A stretch of DNA of 64,000 bases, taken from assembly GCA_965113315.1 (NCBI GenBank), contig OZ220373.1; one strand, written 5' to 3'. The stretch is from Podarcis vaucheri (Eukaryota). Position numbers and translations under genes: made by a program. Below are positions 25,801 through 37,800 of this stretch, in pieces; the stretch's first letter is position 1; the number at the start of each line of letters is the position of its first letter. The notes under the pieces are model-generated. The model was not told where the DNA came from and ran no database searches. It saw nothing but the letters and a program-made list of their open reading frames with translations.

Positions 25801-28800
25801 ATGTCCCTGTGTACTATTCATACTCGGTTTTAATTGTATTTTATTGCTTCTTTTATTTCTTACTGTATTTGAATTCCATCTGTCTTTTAAAAAGCACTGT
25901 AGCTTTTAGCACAGTTCATTACAGTTGCTGAACAACAGGCAGAATTAAGTTCCCTAGCAATTTTCAAGTGGTCGGTGGGGAGCAGGTTTGGCGTTCCTGA
26001 GCAATTCACTCTTCCTCTGAAAATTTAAAGCCCAGCAGCGAAATACAGGGATTCCTGTAAAGAAGAAGAAGAAGAAACAGACCATGCAAGATAGACATTG
26101 GTCCACCCTGTGTCATATAGTTTGAAGCCTGCATAGCTATGTTTGATGTGCTTTTCCATCTCTGGAAAATGTTGAGCTGTTAGTATTTCCCCTTTTTCTT
26201 TGCCCACTCTGCAGGTGCCAGATTGCTTTATTGCCCAAATAAAGTTACTTGGCAACTGCTTTGTGTTTGCCAAATTGGTCATAGTGCAGTATTTTATGGT
26301 GTGCTTTTCAGTTAAAAAAATGAAAACAAAACTGGGTGGGAAGGATGTTAAAGTAAAAGTGTTAGTTAAATGTTTATTATTTTAGCCATTAAGGCCATAA
26401 CAACAAGTAGTGTGTGCGAAAATGGGAAACTTCCTAGGAAGCTGTCATCAGTTTGGGGTTTTAATGCAGTATGCACACATTGAATAAAACACATCTCACA
26501 GCCCTGAATTCAAGTCTTTATTTTTCTTCCTTCACTGACAGGTTCCTTGAAGTCACAAACTACACTTGGCAATCTGATTCTATCCATCTCCTGCAATTTG
26601 CAATAACCTTTTGTAATTGCCATCCTACAGCCATACAAAGGGGGTGGGACAAGTGTTTTGATATAACTTTGGGCCAGTTCAGTCCTTATGGTAAACCTCC
26701 TGGTTTATCATGACAGAAACAAGTTGCAATAAGCCTTTGTGTCACCTTCCCGCAGCACAGTTGTGAGGAGAAGCTTTTGCTTCCATTTTTTATTAACTGC
26801 AATTTAGTGTTATATTTCAACCTTGGTTAATCTTGGCTATGGTTTGTTTCAAACAAACCAACTTCATAACCCATGAAATGAAACAAGTTGGACTTGTTTC
26901 AAACAAACTGTCAGGGGATGGTTAGCTGCTTGTGCTTAAAATTGTGCCCCTTCAGAGTTTGTGCGACCCCACAAACCTCTGTGTGTGACAGAGCTCCTCA
27001 GACATGTCTGCTCTAGTCACTAGTAGAGTCTGACAGTGGCTGTCTGCGGAAGCGCTTCCAGCAAAGAAGTTCCTTAACGGAAACGCGTCTCCTGGACTCA
27101 CGACGTGGCAGCTTCCGGCGAAGTATGGGTCTCCCTGCAGTTGCTTCTGACACCTCCCCGCTATTTTCGCTCGAAGTGTCTCTCACCCCTTTCTCTCCCC
27201 TGCTGCTTCCTGCCTGGGCTGCTGCGTCTCTCTCAGCATTACTGAGATCCTCCTCCAGAGACCCCGCGCTCCCCCTGCTGGTCCCTGCTTTGGCTGTTGA
27301 CTCTCTCCCAGTCTCTGGGAGCCTTACCACTTCCCTTTCCTCCGATGTCAGTTCCCTGACACAAACCATAGTGAAGTTTAACCACAGTTTTATGAGGTTG
27401 GAATGATTTCCATCTCATATCCACCCCAGAGGGAAGGAGTAAATATCAGTGGTGTAGCGTGGGGGGTGCAGGGGGGGCCGTCCGCACCGGGCGCAACATC
27501 TGGGGGTTAGGGTTAGGGGGCGCAAATCCACGGGTTAGGGGGCGCAAATTACTTGCCTTGCCCCGGGTGCTGACAACCCACGCTACGCCACTGGTAAATA
27601 CACAAACTTGAGGCTTCTTCCACCTCAGTCCCAACACAGCCACCCTTGACTTATGTCTTGAACCAGCTTTGTCTTTTGTTGAGTACCAGCAAATCTTTGA
27701 CGTATGGTCCAACCTTCGTTGAATAGTTGGAGTATAGGACTGTGGGGGTGTAGGTTCAGATATCCTTGCTTGGCAATGGTGCTAGGTGACTTTGAGCCAG
27801 CCCTATACTCTCATTGTAAAGTGCGTCATAGGCCTGCTATGAGGATAGACAGAAGAGAGAACAATGTGAACGTCTTGAGTGCCTTGAGGAAACATGGGAT
27901 TTAATAAATAAATTGCCTCAAAATAAACACCCTTCTTAGAGCATTACAAAATAACTAGCTGACAGTGATTGGTATTCCATTCTACATCAATGGGAAGGTC
28001 TTTCACCCTCAAGGAAGAAAAGAACGACTTTTACCAATATTAAGCTGAGAGCTATCATTGACCCTCATCTTCTCCCCTCTTTCCAATGTGTGCTTAAGTT
28101 CATTGTTTCTATCATGGTTTGTTAAAACCACAGTTTCCTGTTAGTTCCAAATGTGTGAACTGTACTGTAATCTTGGTTTCTTAACTAGGATCTGAAACCA
28201 CCATTTCTGCAGTACCAGACTTACAATTGGGAAGTTACAGATAACACAGAAAGGTCAAACTAGGTTATTGCATGCAATACAGTGCAAGCAATGATAAAAG
28301 ACCATTTCAGCAGCTCAGTACCCTGGGGCAGTTGAAGTTTGTAAGGGGATAGCTCTTCCCAGGCCTCTTTTGCTGATCACCCTGAGGAGCAGTGGGTTAA
28401 AGAGCCCTTTGCCTGTGTCAGGGGGTGGAGCCAATATTGCTAAATCTTCCACACTTGATCCATTTACAATATGCCTCTTGGTAAAAATAATGCTGAGTAG
28501 AAGCTCACAATTTCTCCTTGTAGCAGCAGCTTTCCATCATAAGGACTGGTTAGCTTCTCTGTACAGCTGCCATTATTGGAAGCAGAAATATGCTTAATGT
28601 TTGGTCCCTCAAATCAAAAGTTGTTCTGAACCGGTCATTCATAATTTATAATAGCTGCTAAATTAGCTTTAACCTAGCTACTAAAATTTTCTTTTTATAC
28701 CAATATAGCAAGCGTCTTTGGTGGGTTAGTTTTTAAATTTGTTTTGTTTTTTTAAATCTTACCTGGTTCGTAATCCTACATTCTTCTATTTTGTTGTCTC

Positions 28801-31800
28801 CCCCCTGCCTTCAAAAAATGAATACAGTCACCTAAAGTTGAAGCTATACATTCAACCTTTGCATTGTGTGTTTTTTAATTTCCTTAGAGATTATCCAGAT
28901 TATTCATAATGGTTCCTTTCTGTTCTGTTAGTTGGATACATATCAGATATTTAAGTTGATATTTTAAGAGGGTGGAATCATTATTAAATAATGCAAGTGA
29001 AAGACTGACTTCAAGTTCAGATGTAGTTTTCTCTTTGTATGTGTTAGGATGACATTCTTACTCTTTGTGAGACTTTTCTCAGCTTTTCTTAGATGGATTA
29101 ACATGGCCTCTCAAGTGCGAAAGGAACACTGCAGCCATAGGCCCTAGTCCAGTAACTTTTCTTTGCACGTGAATTTCTCCCATTTATGGGAATGGCAGCT
29201 GCTCCATAGGCAACACACTCCCTGCCATTCCCAGGTAAGGGTTACAGAGATCCACTAGGTTTGTCTGTCTCTCTGTAATGCTTACCTTGAAATAGCATCC
29301 TGGAACACTTGCATGATTCTTGCAATATATAAATTGCATGTGAACATACTGAAAAGAATAATTTGGGGATTTGAAATGTCAGGCTTCCATTTGTATTCCC
29401 AAGATAAAATGTTTTAAACATGAATGCTGCCTGCTTTTGCTCATCTTATTTCTCTATTTTAGGGATCTGCTGACCCTCTAAACAGTGCTTTCCATTTGAC
29501 ATACAACATGGTATTAAATTTGCTGCGTGTGGAAGAAATTAACCCGGAATACATGTTAGAGAAATCTTTTTACCAGTTCCAACATTACAGAGCTATTCCA
29601 GGAGTAGTTGAAAGTAAGCTATGTGAAATACTTAATTGTTTCGTCAATTTGCAGACCGTGATTTATATTCCATGGGCTTACCTGCACAGTATTCACCACA
29701 GAGCCAGTTAACATGTTACTAATTAATATGAAATTAGTTGACAAGAACCATTATTCGCCCCAGTTGCCAGGATCCTAAGCGCTTGGGAATGTTCTGTGGA
29801 TTTTTCTGTCTTACTTGCTTTTAATAACAGATGCCTTTGCCAAATCATAAGCTGCAAGTGACCTCCCTTTCGAAAGGAATTTGCCATCTTGCACCTGGAG
29901 TGGGTGGAGGCAGGACATTGTTGTTGAATGAACACAAGCCCAGAGTCTCCTTGGATATATAGGACTCATTGCCTGCTTGTCAGATCCCCAGCCACTGAGT
30001 ACAGCTGAAGGAAGGTTTCAGATGTTCAAATCTTTAACAAACCAAGTGCTGAATGCTGCGAATGCAACTTTCTGACAAGCATCCCTATACAGTGCATCTG
30101 TTTGCTGGCACAATTCTGTTGCATTCACACTTTGTGTATTATATTTTCTAGCATATCTTGAGTGTGCACTTAAATTGTAAAGAAGTCCTTGGAAGTGATC
30201 ATCGAATATTCTCCAACAAAATAATTTTTAATAGTAAGCCAGTACCCAGAGGCACCCACAGAAGTTGGAAGAATGCTCTTTCACTGTCCCCGTCCCACCC
30301 CCCACCCCCCAGTTGGTATGCTGGCACTGCACCAGGTTATTCCCTGTAACACCCTGGGGTGTTGAGGGCCCCTGCCAGGAAGAGGAAGGAAATGGAGGGG
30401 AAAGAAGATGCTCTGTGGGGGATTCTTCTACATAGGGATAGTGTGTTTCCTTGAGGAATACTCTTGCCCATGGTTTGCTACAATATTGTGCGCTTCATAT
30501 AATCTGTATATTTTACAATATTTATTTGCAGAGGTCAGTAAGTTGGAACAGCAGTACAATGAGATTAAAATTCCAAATGAGGAAAATGTGGTCATTTACT
30601 ATAAAATCAGACAACAGCTGGCTAAACTGGGTAAAGAAATAGAAGAGTACATTCACAAGCCAAAGTACTGCTTGCCATTTTTACAGCCAGGGAGGCTGGT
30701 AAAAGTAAGTTGTTTCCCTCCCCCACGTCTATGTTTTTTGTAATGTGCATTCTGCTAAAGTAGAAACAGAAGCATGTTACCATCCAGTTCTTCTATGAGG
30801 CTCCTGTGCCATCATAATGTTGGAGGTTTGCACCTGTGGGTCTTAACACTCCATTAATGAGACGCACAAGATACATTTATTAACAATAAGTAATAGTAAT
30901 AACTACTATATAATGAAACATTTCAGAAACAGTGCAGCATAATAAAATATTGACAATAGCAAAACATGTCATCATACTGAGAAAAATATCCACAGGAAAG
31001 AAGAATTATCTCGGAAGTTCACATTGTAAATTTTGTATTTATTTGTGTTTTGTTCTGTTCTGGTTTTATCTAGAGTTTCCTCCTCCCTCCCTCATTCATA
31101 TAAATTTTATGTTTTGTTAGGAGTATGTTTCTGAGAGTTTTGCTTTATGTGCGGTATTTGCTTTATCTGTTTGTTTTGGGACATTTAGCATGATTAGGGG
31201 GAAAAATATTATTTCTAAATCTTAGTTCGTCATTTCCCCCCTGAAATTGGAAAAGTCAATTCTAGTCTTGTTTATAAAGAAAATACCTTCCTACTGTCAC
31301 CCATGCACAGCTAGCTCCAGTCTAGTCATATTGCTGCCTCTCTAATACTAGGCATTGCACTACATAGGGGATTAATACGATATATCTTGAGAACTGATAA
31401 TGAAATGATCCCACCCAACTGCCCACTATTTGTGGGGTTATCCTCCCCCTCCACAGCCAAATGGGTTGTGGGGCAGAGAAAAGAAGCAAGGAAAGCCCTG
31501 TTGCAGTAGCTGACATCCACTAACAGGATTGGTTACTTGAATCCAGCCCCAATGACCAGCATATTGCTGTTTGGCAGCTGTTTACACATGTAGCTGTTAC
31601 ATTTATTGATTGTTAATTTTCTTGGCTTGGATCCACATTTGCCACCCCACAAACAGAAGGGCTTCTGCTGGAGCGGGGAGAGGGGCAGACATGTGCAATT
31701 TTCACTTGATTTCTCAGCTGTCCTTGAAGTGAACAATATAATTACCAACTTTCTTTCCAGATTCACTTCTGGACTTGATCGTTTACAACCGTCTGTATTA

Positions 31801-34800
31801 CAAATGAAGTAATTTCCCTTAAGGTCAGAATGTGTTGTAAGTTATTGTTTCAGATGCAGCTTTATATACTAGCTTGATTTTGATTTTAGGTAAAAAATGA
31901 AGATGATGACTTTGGCTGGGGCGTGGTGGTGAACTTCTCCAAGAAATCAAATGTGAAGGTAAAACTGGTAGATAAATATATACCTGACTAGGAAAAAGCC
32001 ATATTTTAAAATGACACTTCAGAGTTCATAACTAATATGCTGCCATCTGCTCAAGGAATCCTGTATTTCCCTGTGCTTTTTTTATTTATTGCCAGTATTA
32101 GAACGACTTTTCATATTAAGATGCCATATAAACTCTTTGTTGCTTTAAAATACGAATAATGTCCTATTTCCTAGCGCTGCCTACTCTCACTCACTGTTTT
32201 GATTAATTTTTAAGATATTGATGGTGCCCAGATAATTTGGATTTATTAGGCTAACTTTGTCTTGTTGGTATTATTTTAACTTGCATCTTTCTCTTTTTCT
32301 CTGTGTAACGCACGCTGTATGTTACCAGCAGAATTTAAAAAGACTCCCTTTTGGAGTTTTCTGCATGACATACTTGGCTACCTGTTTTAAAGTGCAGCCA
32401 GTACTGATGATGTAACCGGGTATTGGTTGTTTTGTGTGCCCTTAGAGTATTTTATGCATATGTCAGCCTGTTCCAAGTTTGAGTAAACAGCACATGTTTT
32501 AACATGTTGGCTTAAAGCTGCTTTTCCACATATGGGTTGCATTTTCAAATGCAGTTCAGATGACACAAGTAAACAGAGCTCTTTAAACCAAAATTAAAAC
32601 AGCTGCTGTAAATATCTTTTGTACGAACTAGGATGGTATTATCCACAACTGGATTTATGAATAAATACTTTGATTATTGGGTAATCTAATAGTGGAACAA
32701 ATCATGTGTTTCTGTTTACAACTGGCCGTTTTAAAGCTATCTGTGATACAGTGTGAAATTCTTCCAATGTCTTCTGATAGTCCTCTTCACATGCTATCCC
32801 CTGTCAAGCAAAGCCTCTTTTCTTTTCTCAAAAGGAAGTGAGATGCAAATATCCATAGCACGCTGTATGATGAGGTGTTTCACTTCTTGCCCTCTGATTT
32901 GATCCTTTGCCAACAGGCTTTTGCTGTATCTGTCTTTTATATACAAATACTTGAAACGCAGCCATTGGCAACTAAATTGTGGTCTAGGTGAGCAACAGTA
33001 ACCACAGATCCCTTTCTGGCAAATACCTGCCCCTGGTTGCCTCCTAGCATAAAGTGAAATACCCCGCCTCTTCCAAGTTTTCTTTGCATCAGGGAGAACT
33101 CTGCTGCTGGTTAGGACTTGAGAGAGACAACAGTTGCCCATCTCTCAAGTTCTTAGGATTAGAAGTTGGGGGAAGGAGGAGGTCTTCCAAGAACCTCTTC
33201 CAAGATACTGTGAAAGATTCTTACTGTTCATGAGTGCCTCAAACAGTGTGGGAAGAGAGGCCAGGTCATCTCTTGAGCCTTCTGCACATGCCAGTCAATT
33301 TGGGAGGCAGGGAAGCAAAAATCAGCTGTTACCACAAATAATAGTTGGCCCAAATCTACAACTCAGGTCACTTTAGGAGAAGCAGCAATGTTGCTACATA
33401 TTAGACTTGCTAAAACAATCTGCTTTACTGGATTTTGTCCTTCCTTATCCATAATTTTTGTTAGAAGTTTAGCAGTTTTGTATATTAATCCTTTAAAAAC
33501 TCCTGGGTGGATAATATTTAGACCTGGTGATTTGTCAGTTTTAGGTTTGTCAATAAGGCTCTAGCTCTAGAACTTCAGCTCTTGTCACAAACTGCTATCC
33601 TCAGTTCTTCAGATTCCCTTCTTGGAAAAAGCATTTTGGCAGTTATATAATTTGCCCTCCATTTCCGCAGTGAAGAAAGTTGCAAATAATTCATTAAGCT
33701 TTTATACGTTTTATGAAGGAAACCTTCTTGCCGCTAAGAGCTTCTTTGACTCTGTTCTCTGTGCTAGTACCCTTTTAGACCATTTCATGATCTTCAGTAT
33801 ACTAACTGAGCTTCTGTTGTGATTTTGAATAATTCTCAAGCTTTCTGGAGTTTTGACCCTCTTCAGATTTCCTGTCAAATTATGGCAGAGAGCCATAGAC
33901 TGAGTGATCTGTGTAGCTATGGATCGAAAGAGGCTCGCAAGCAAAAGCTAATACCGTATTTTTCTCTCTATAACACGCAGATTTTTTTCTCCTAAAAAGG
34001 AAGGGGAAATGTCTGTGCGTGTTATTGAGCGAATGTGTGGTCCTTGGAGCCGAAAAATCAGGCAAAAATCAAATCGCGCGTCTAGGAGAAGGGAAACCTG
34101 AAAAGAGGAAGCTGCTGCTTTCCTGCATTCTGCCTCAGGGTCTTACTGCCCACCCGCTTCTGTTTGTTACTGTGTTTGCTCAAACGGAACAAAGAGCAGG
34201 GAAAGCCCCTCCCCTCCAGGCAAGCAGAGGGGAAAGCAGAGTGTCGTTCCTTCCTCTCTGTGCTCCGGTGCTGCTGAAAACATGCAGGTGGGAGAGAGAG
34301 AGAGCGAGCGAGCTGGCTGGCTTGGGTGCTTGGGTGGGGGGGAACTTTTGCCTTCCTTTCCTCCCTCCCGTTATATCCCTCTCCTGCATTCTTAGTCAGC
34401 TGCTTCTCTGCACACCCCTCTCGTGCTCCTTGTCCCTTCTGTGTTTTTCCTTCCCTCCCCACTTAAAATGTGGTTACAAAGCATGGACCTCAGGATCTTT
34501 GCATTGGGTCACCCCAAATTCACCATCAGAGCACATAGCATGTCCATGGCTACAGCCTGCCCCCCAAAAATCATGCACCCACTGTTGCCTGGGGCTGCAG
34601 TGGTGCAAAAATGTGGTTAAAAAGCATGGATCCACATGGATTCTCAGGATTTTTGCATTGGGTTACCCCAAATTCACCATCAGATCACATGTCTGTGGCC
34701 ACAGCATGAAGCACAAAAATGATACATCCACTGTTTCATTCAGAATGTTTTTCCCCTTGTTTTCCTCCTCTAAAAACGATGTGCGTGTTATGGTCAGGTG

Positions 34801-37800
34801 CGTGTTATAGAGCGAAAAATACGGTAATTCTTAACAACCTGCCATAGCAAAGATTGACTTCATTTGATCAAGAACCTTATAGTCCACCTCAGCCAAGGAG
34901 CTATTCTGGATTTATATCAATATTCTCAGGTTTATATAGAATAACAACATGTGGAGCTATATAATTTGATATTAGTCAAAGAATATTTAGAACTTAACTA
35001 ATGGAAACATTCTTGTTTCTCACACTTCTTTTACTAGTGTTAAAGAATATCTCCTTATTCATACTAACTTGGTTTCTTGCTACCACTGTAGCCTAACTCT
35101 GGTGAGCTGGACCCACTCTATGTTGCTGAAGTCCTCCTGCACTGTAGCAAAGAAAGCTTAAAAAACTCTGCAACTGAAGCTGCAAAACCAGCAAAACCCG
35201 ATGAAAAAGGGGAGATGCAGGTGAGATTTCCCCCCCATAAAGTAATTAAAACAGCAATTGTATGGCTTTTCACTTTTTGAAATGTGGCAACCCTGAGTAT
35301 GGAAGAACGATAGACTTACATTGATAATAACAAGTAGGTCCCATGTCACTGCCTGGGGATAAGTGTGGACTCAAACGTTTGCTGAAGAGTGGTTTGCTTC
35401 TCAGTGGAAATCACAGAAGTGGTTTTGATGTAAAAGATGGTGCAGTGGTCTATGGGTTGTGAAAGTCTAACTCGATGAAATTGCATCTTGCAGCATTCCC
35501 TGCTGGGTAGATGGGTGATCAAGTTATTCACATAACTATAAGGGTCGTCCCTAAAGTAGGAAGGGATGCGGCTGTGTACAATAAATGCAATAGGTGTACA
35601 ACCAAATGGAAAAAGGTTAAGATAAACCCAGCTATTATCCATGAGGGTTGAGCTGCTCAGCTTGTTCTGAAAATATCCCAGCCGTCTTTCTAAAGAACGG
35701 CCCGAGGCCATGTGCAGTAAGTAGCAGACGTTAAAACAATACTATAAAACAGCACAAAAGTGTTGACAGACTCTTCTGATTCCAAATTCAGTCCCCTAAC
35801 CCTCCAAGAGGCAGTTGGTAACTAGATTTGAGTTGATCATACAGTTCTGCAATGTAATGCATTGGTTTTTGTTTGGGATTTTAAAAAAACCCAAATAACT
35901 CCCCCCCCCCCATCTTATATGCAATTCCTTGCCTGGCTAATAATACATGTAGCCAAGAAGGGATGAAAAACTGTTGCATTTTCATTTGTTAATTCCCCCC
36001 CCCCAATCATTTGGGGTTACCTTTCAAATGTACATAGCTATATTCACAAGTGATTCGTAAAAACGGGAAATGGCCTATAATTTATAGTCTATGTATTTTA
36101 TCCCAAGACTTAGAAATATTGCATGAACTATTAGGTAGCTAGATGGATTCTTTTACATCCATAGCTTGTCTTCCTTCCTTTTTCTGTGCTTCAACCATTC
36201 TCTGACAGCATAACAGTGAGTTTACATAGAACAGAGGATGCATAACAATGATTTAGAACTCTTCGGCTAAAGCAACCGTAGCAAAGTTACTTCAACTCCC
36301 ATCTCCCCCTGCCCTGAAAAAAAAAAAAGATTATTCAAGCTTATAGCAGGCTTCAGTGGTAAATCCCAAGATCTGCGAGAGCCAGTGTGGTGTAGTGGTT
36401 AAGAGCGGTAGTCTCGTAATCTAGGGAACCGGGTTCGCGTCTCCGCTCCTCCACATGCAGCTGCTGGGTGACCTTGGGCTAGTCACACTTCTCTGAAGTC
36501 TCTCAGCCCCACTCACCTCACAGAGTGTTTGTTGTGGGGGAGGAAGGGAAAAGGAGATTGTTAGCTGCTTTGAGACTCCTGAAGGGGAGTGAAAGGCGAG
36601 ATATCAAATCCAAACTCTTCTTCTTCTTCTGCCCCTTAATATTCTGTTGACTTTTTTTAAAAAAAATTAGGCGGGCTCTGAGAGTCTGTTAAACTATTTG
36701 TTGGCTTGACAGGAGAAAAGTTCCCTTTTTCATGCAGCCATTAAACATTAAAGACATTTTTCCTTCACTTCATTCCAACACAGAGTTGACAATTTATTTT
36801 GTGGACTTTAAGAAGAAGAAAAAAGTGCCTTTGCCATAATGAAACTATTCCAGTTGGCCCCAAGCTAGGCACATTCTGTCACTGAGCATTGTTAGAAGAT
36901 AATTGTAGTGACTCCATTTGGGTCAGTTGGAGACGTTCTCCTGTCAGGCAGAGTTGTAAATATAAAATCATTCAGATGTCATCATTTTCCAATATATCTT
37001 AAAATGGAATTTATTATTTTTGGAGCTTGCCTTTCCCCCTCCCCTCTTCAGGAAAACTACTTGTGAAGCCAATTGAACAGACTATGTAGGAAATCAATGC
37101 TCAAATGAATGCTGTAGTTCTTAACGCGTGCAACAGGCACTATTTAAATACATGTGTAGCATGATCTCTGAAAACTACATGTATTAAGTAAGAGAAGTCT
37201 AGGCTATGCTCAATGTATGCTGTGCACAAAACAATATAACTGCTTGGCAAACTGAGATTAATATGCATTTTTAGTTCATCCATCACCATATGTTTTAATA
37301 GGTTGTTCCTGTTTTGGTGCATCTTCTGTCAGCAATCAGCAGTGTTCGCCTATATATACCCAAAGACCTGAGGCCTCTTGATAACAGGCAGAGCGTACTG
37401 AAGTCAATACAGGTACTGTAACTTTGAAAAGCTGAAAGTGCATAGCACTTCTTTTCCAGAAACAAAGTACTTCACATTCATGATCTAGTTGTTACCCTTC
37501 TTGTAAGATAAGTCAGTGTTGTTATTGCCCATATCAGATACCTAAGACCACTGTGAAGTTCATGGCACAGGTGAGATTCGAACTCGATCGTTCATTATTT
37601 GTAGCCCAGTCTGTTAACCAATACATGATATCAACTCTCAGAGATCGGAAAACATCTTCATGCCATGATGAAATAGAGATCATACTTTTAAACACTTTTT
37701 TTTTAAAAAAAATGCTTTTATCTGTCTTTTTTTAAAGGAAGTGCAGAAACGGTTCCCTGACGGTGTTCCTTTGCTGGATCCTATTGATGACATGGGCATT

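Noticed and set aside
32400-32520. TGATGA as the C box of an intronic C/D snoRNA
   Set aside because: No CTGA D box or terminal stem at a suitable distance. The TGATGA near 53775 on minus fails the same test.
34019-34810. 263-aa ORF as a transposase or nested gene
   Set aside because: Lies wholly inside a non-autonomous MITE; no DDE/D or HTH signature; low-complexity translation.
36377-36460. tRNA gene
   Set aside because: A/B boxes continue into a SINE body and (CTT)n tail; no acceptor stem or cloverleaf.
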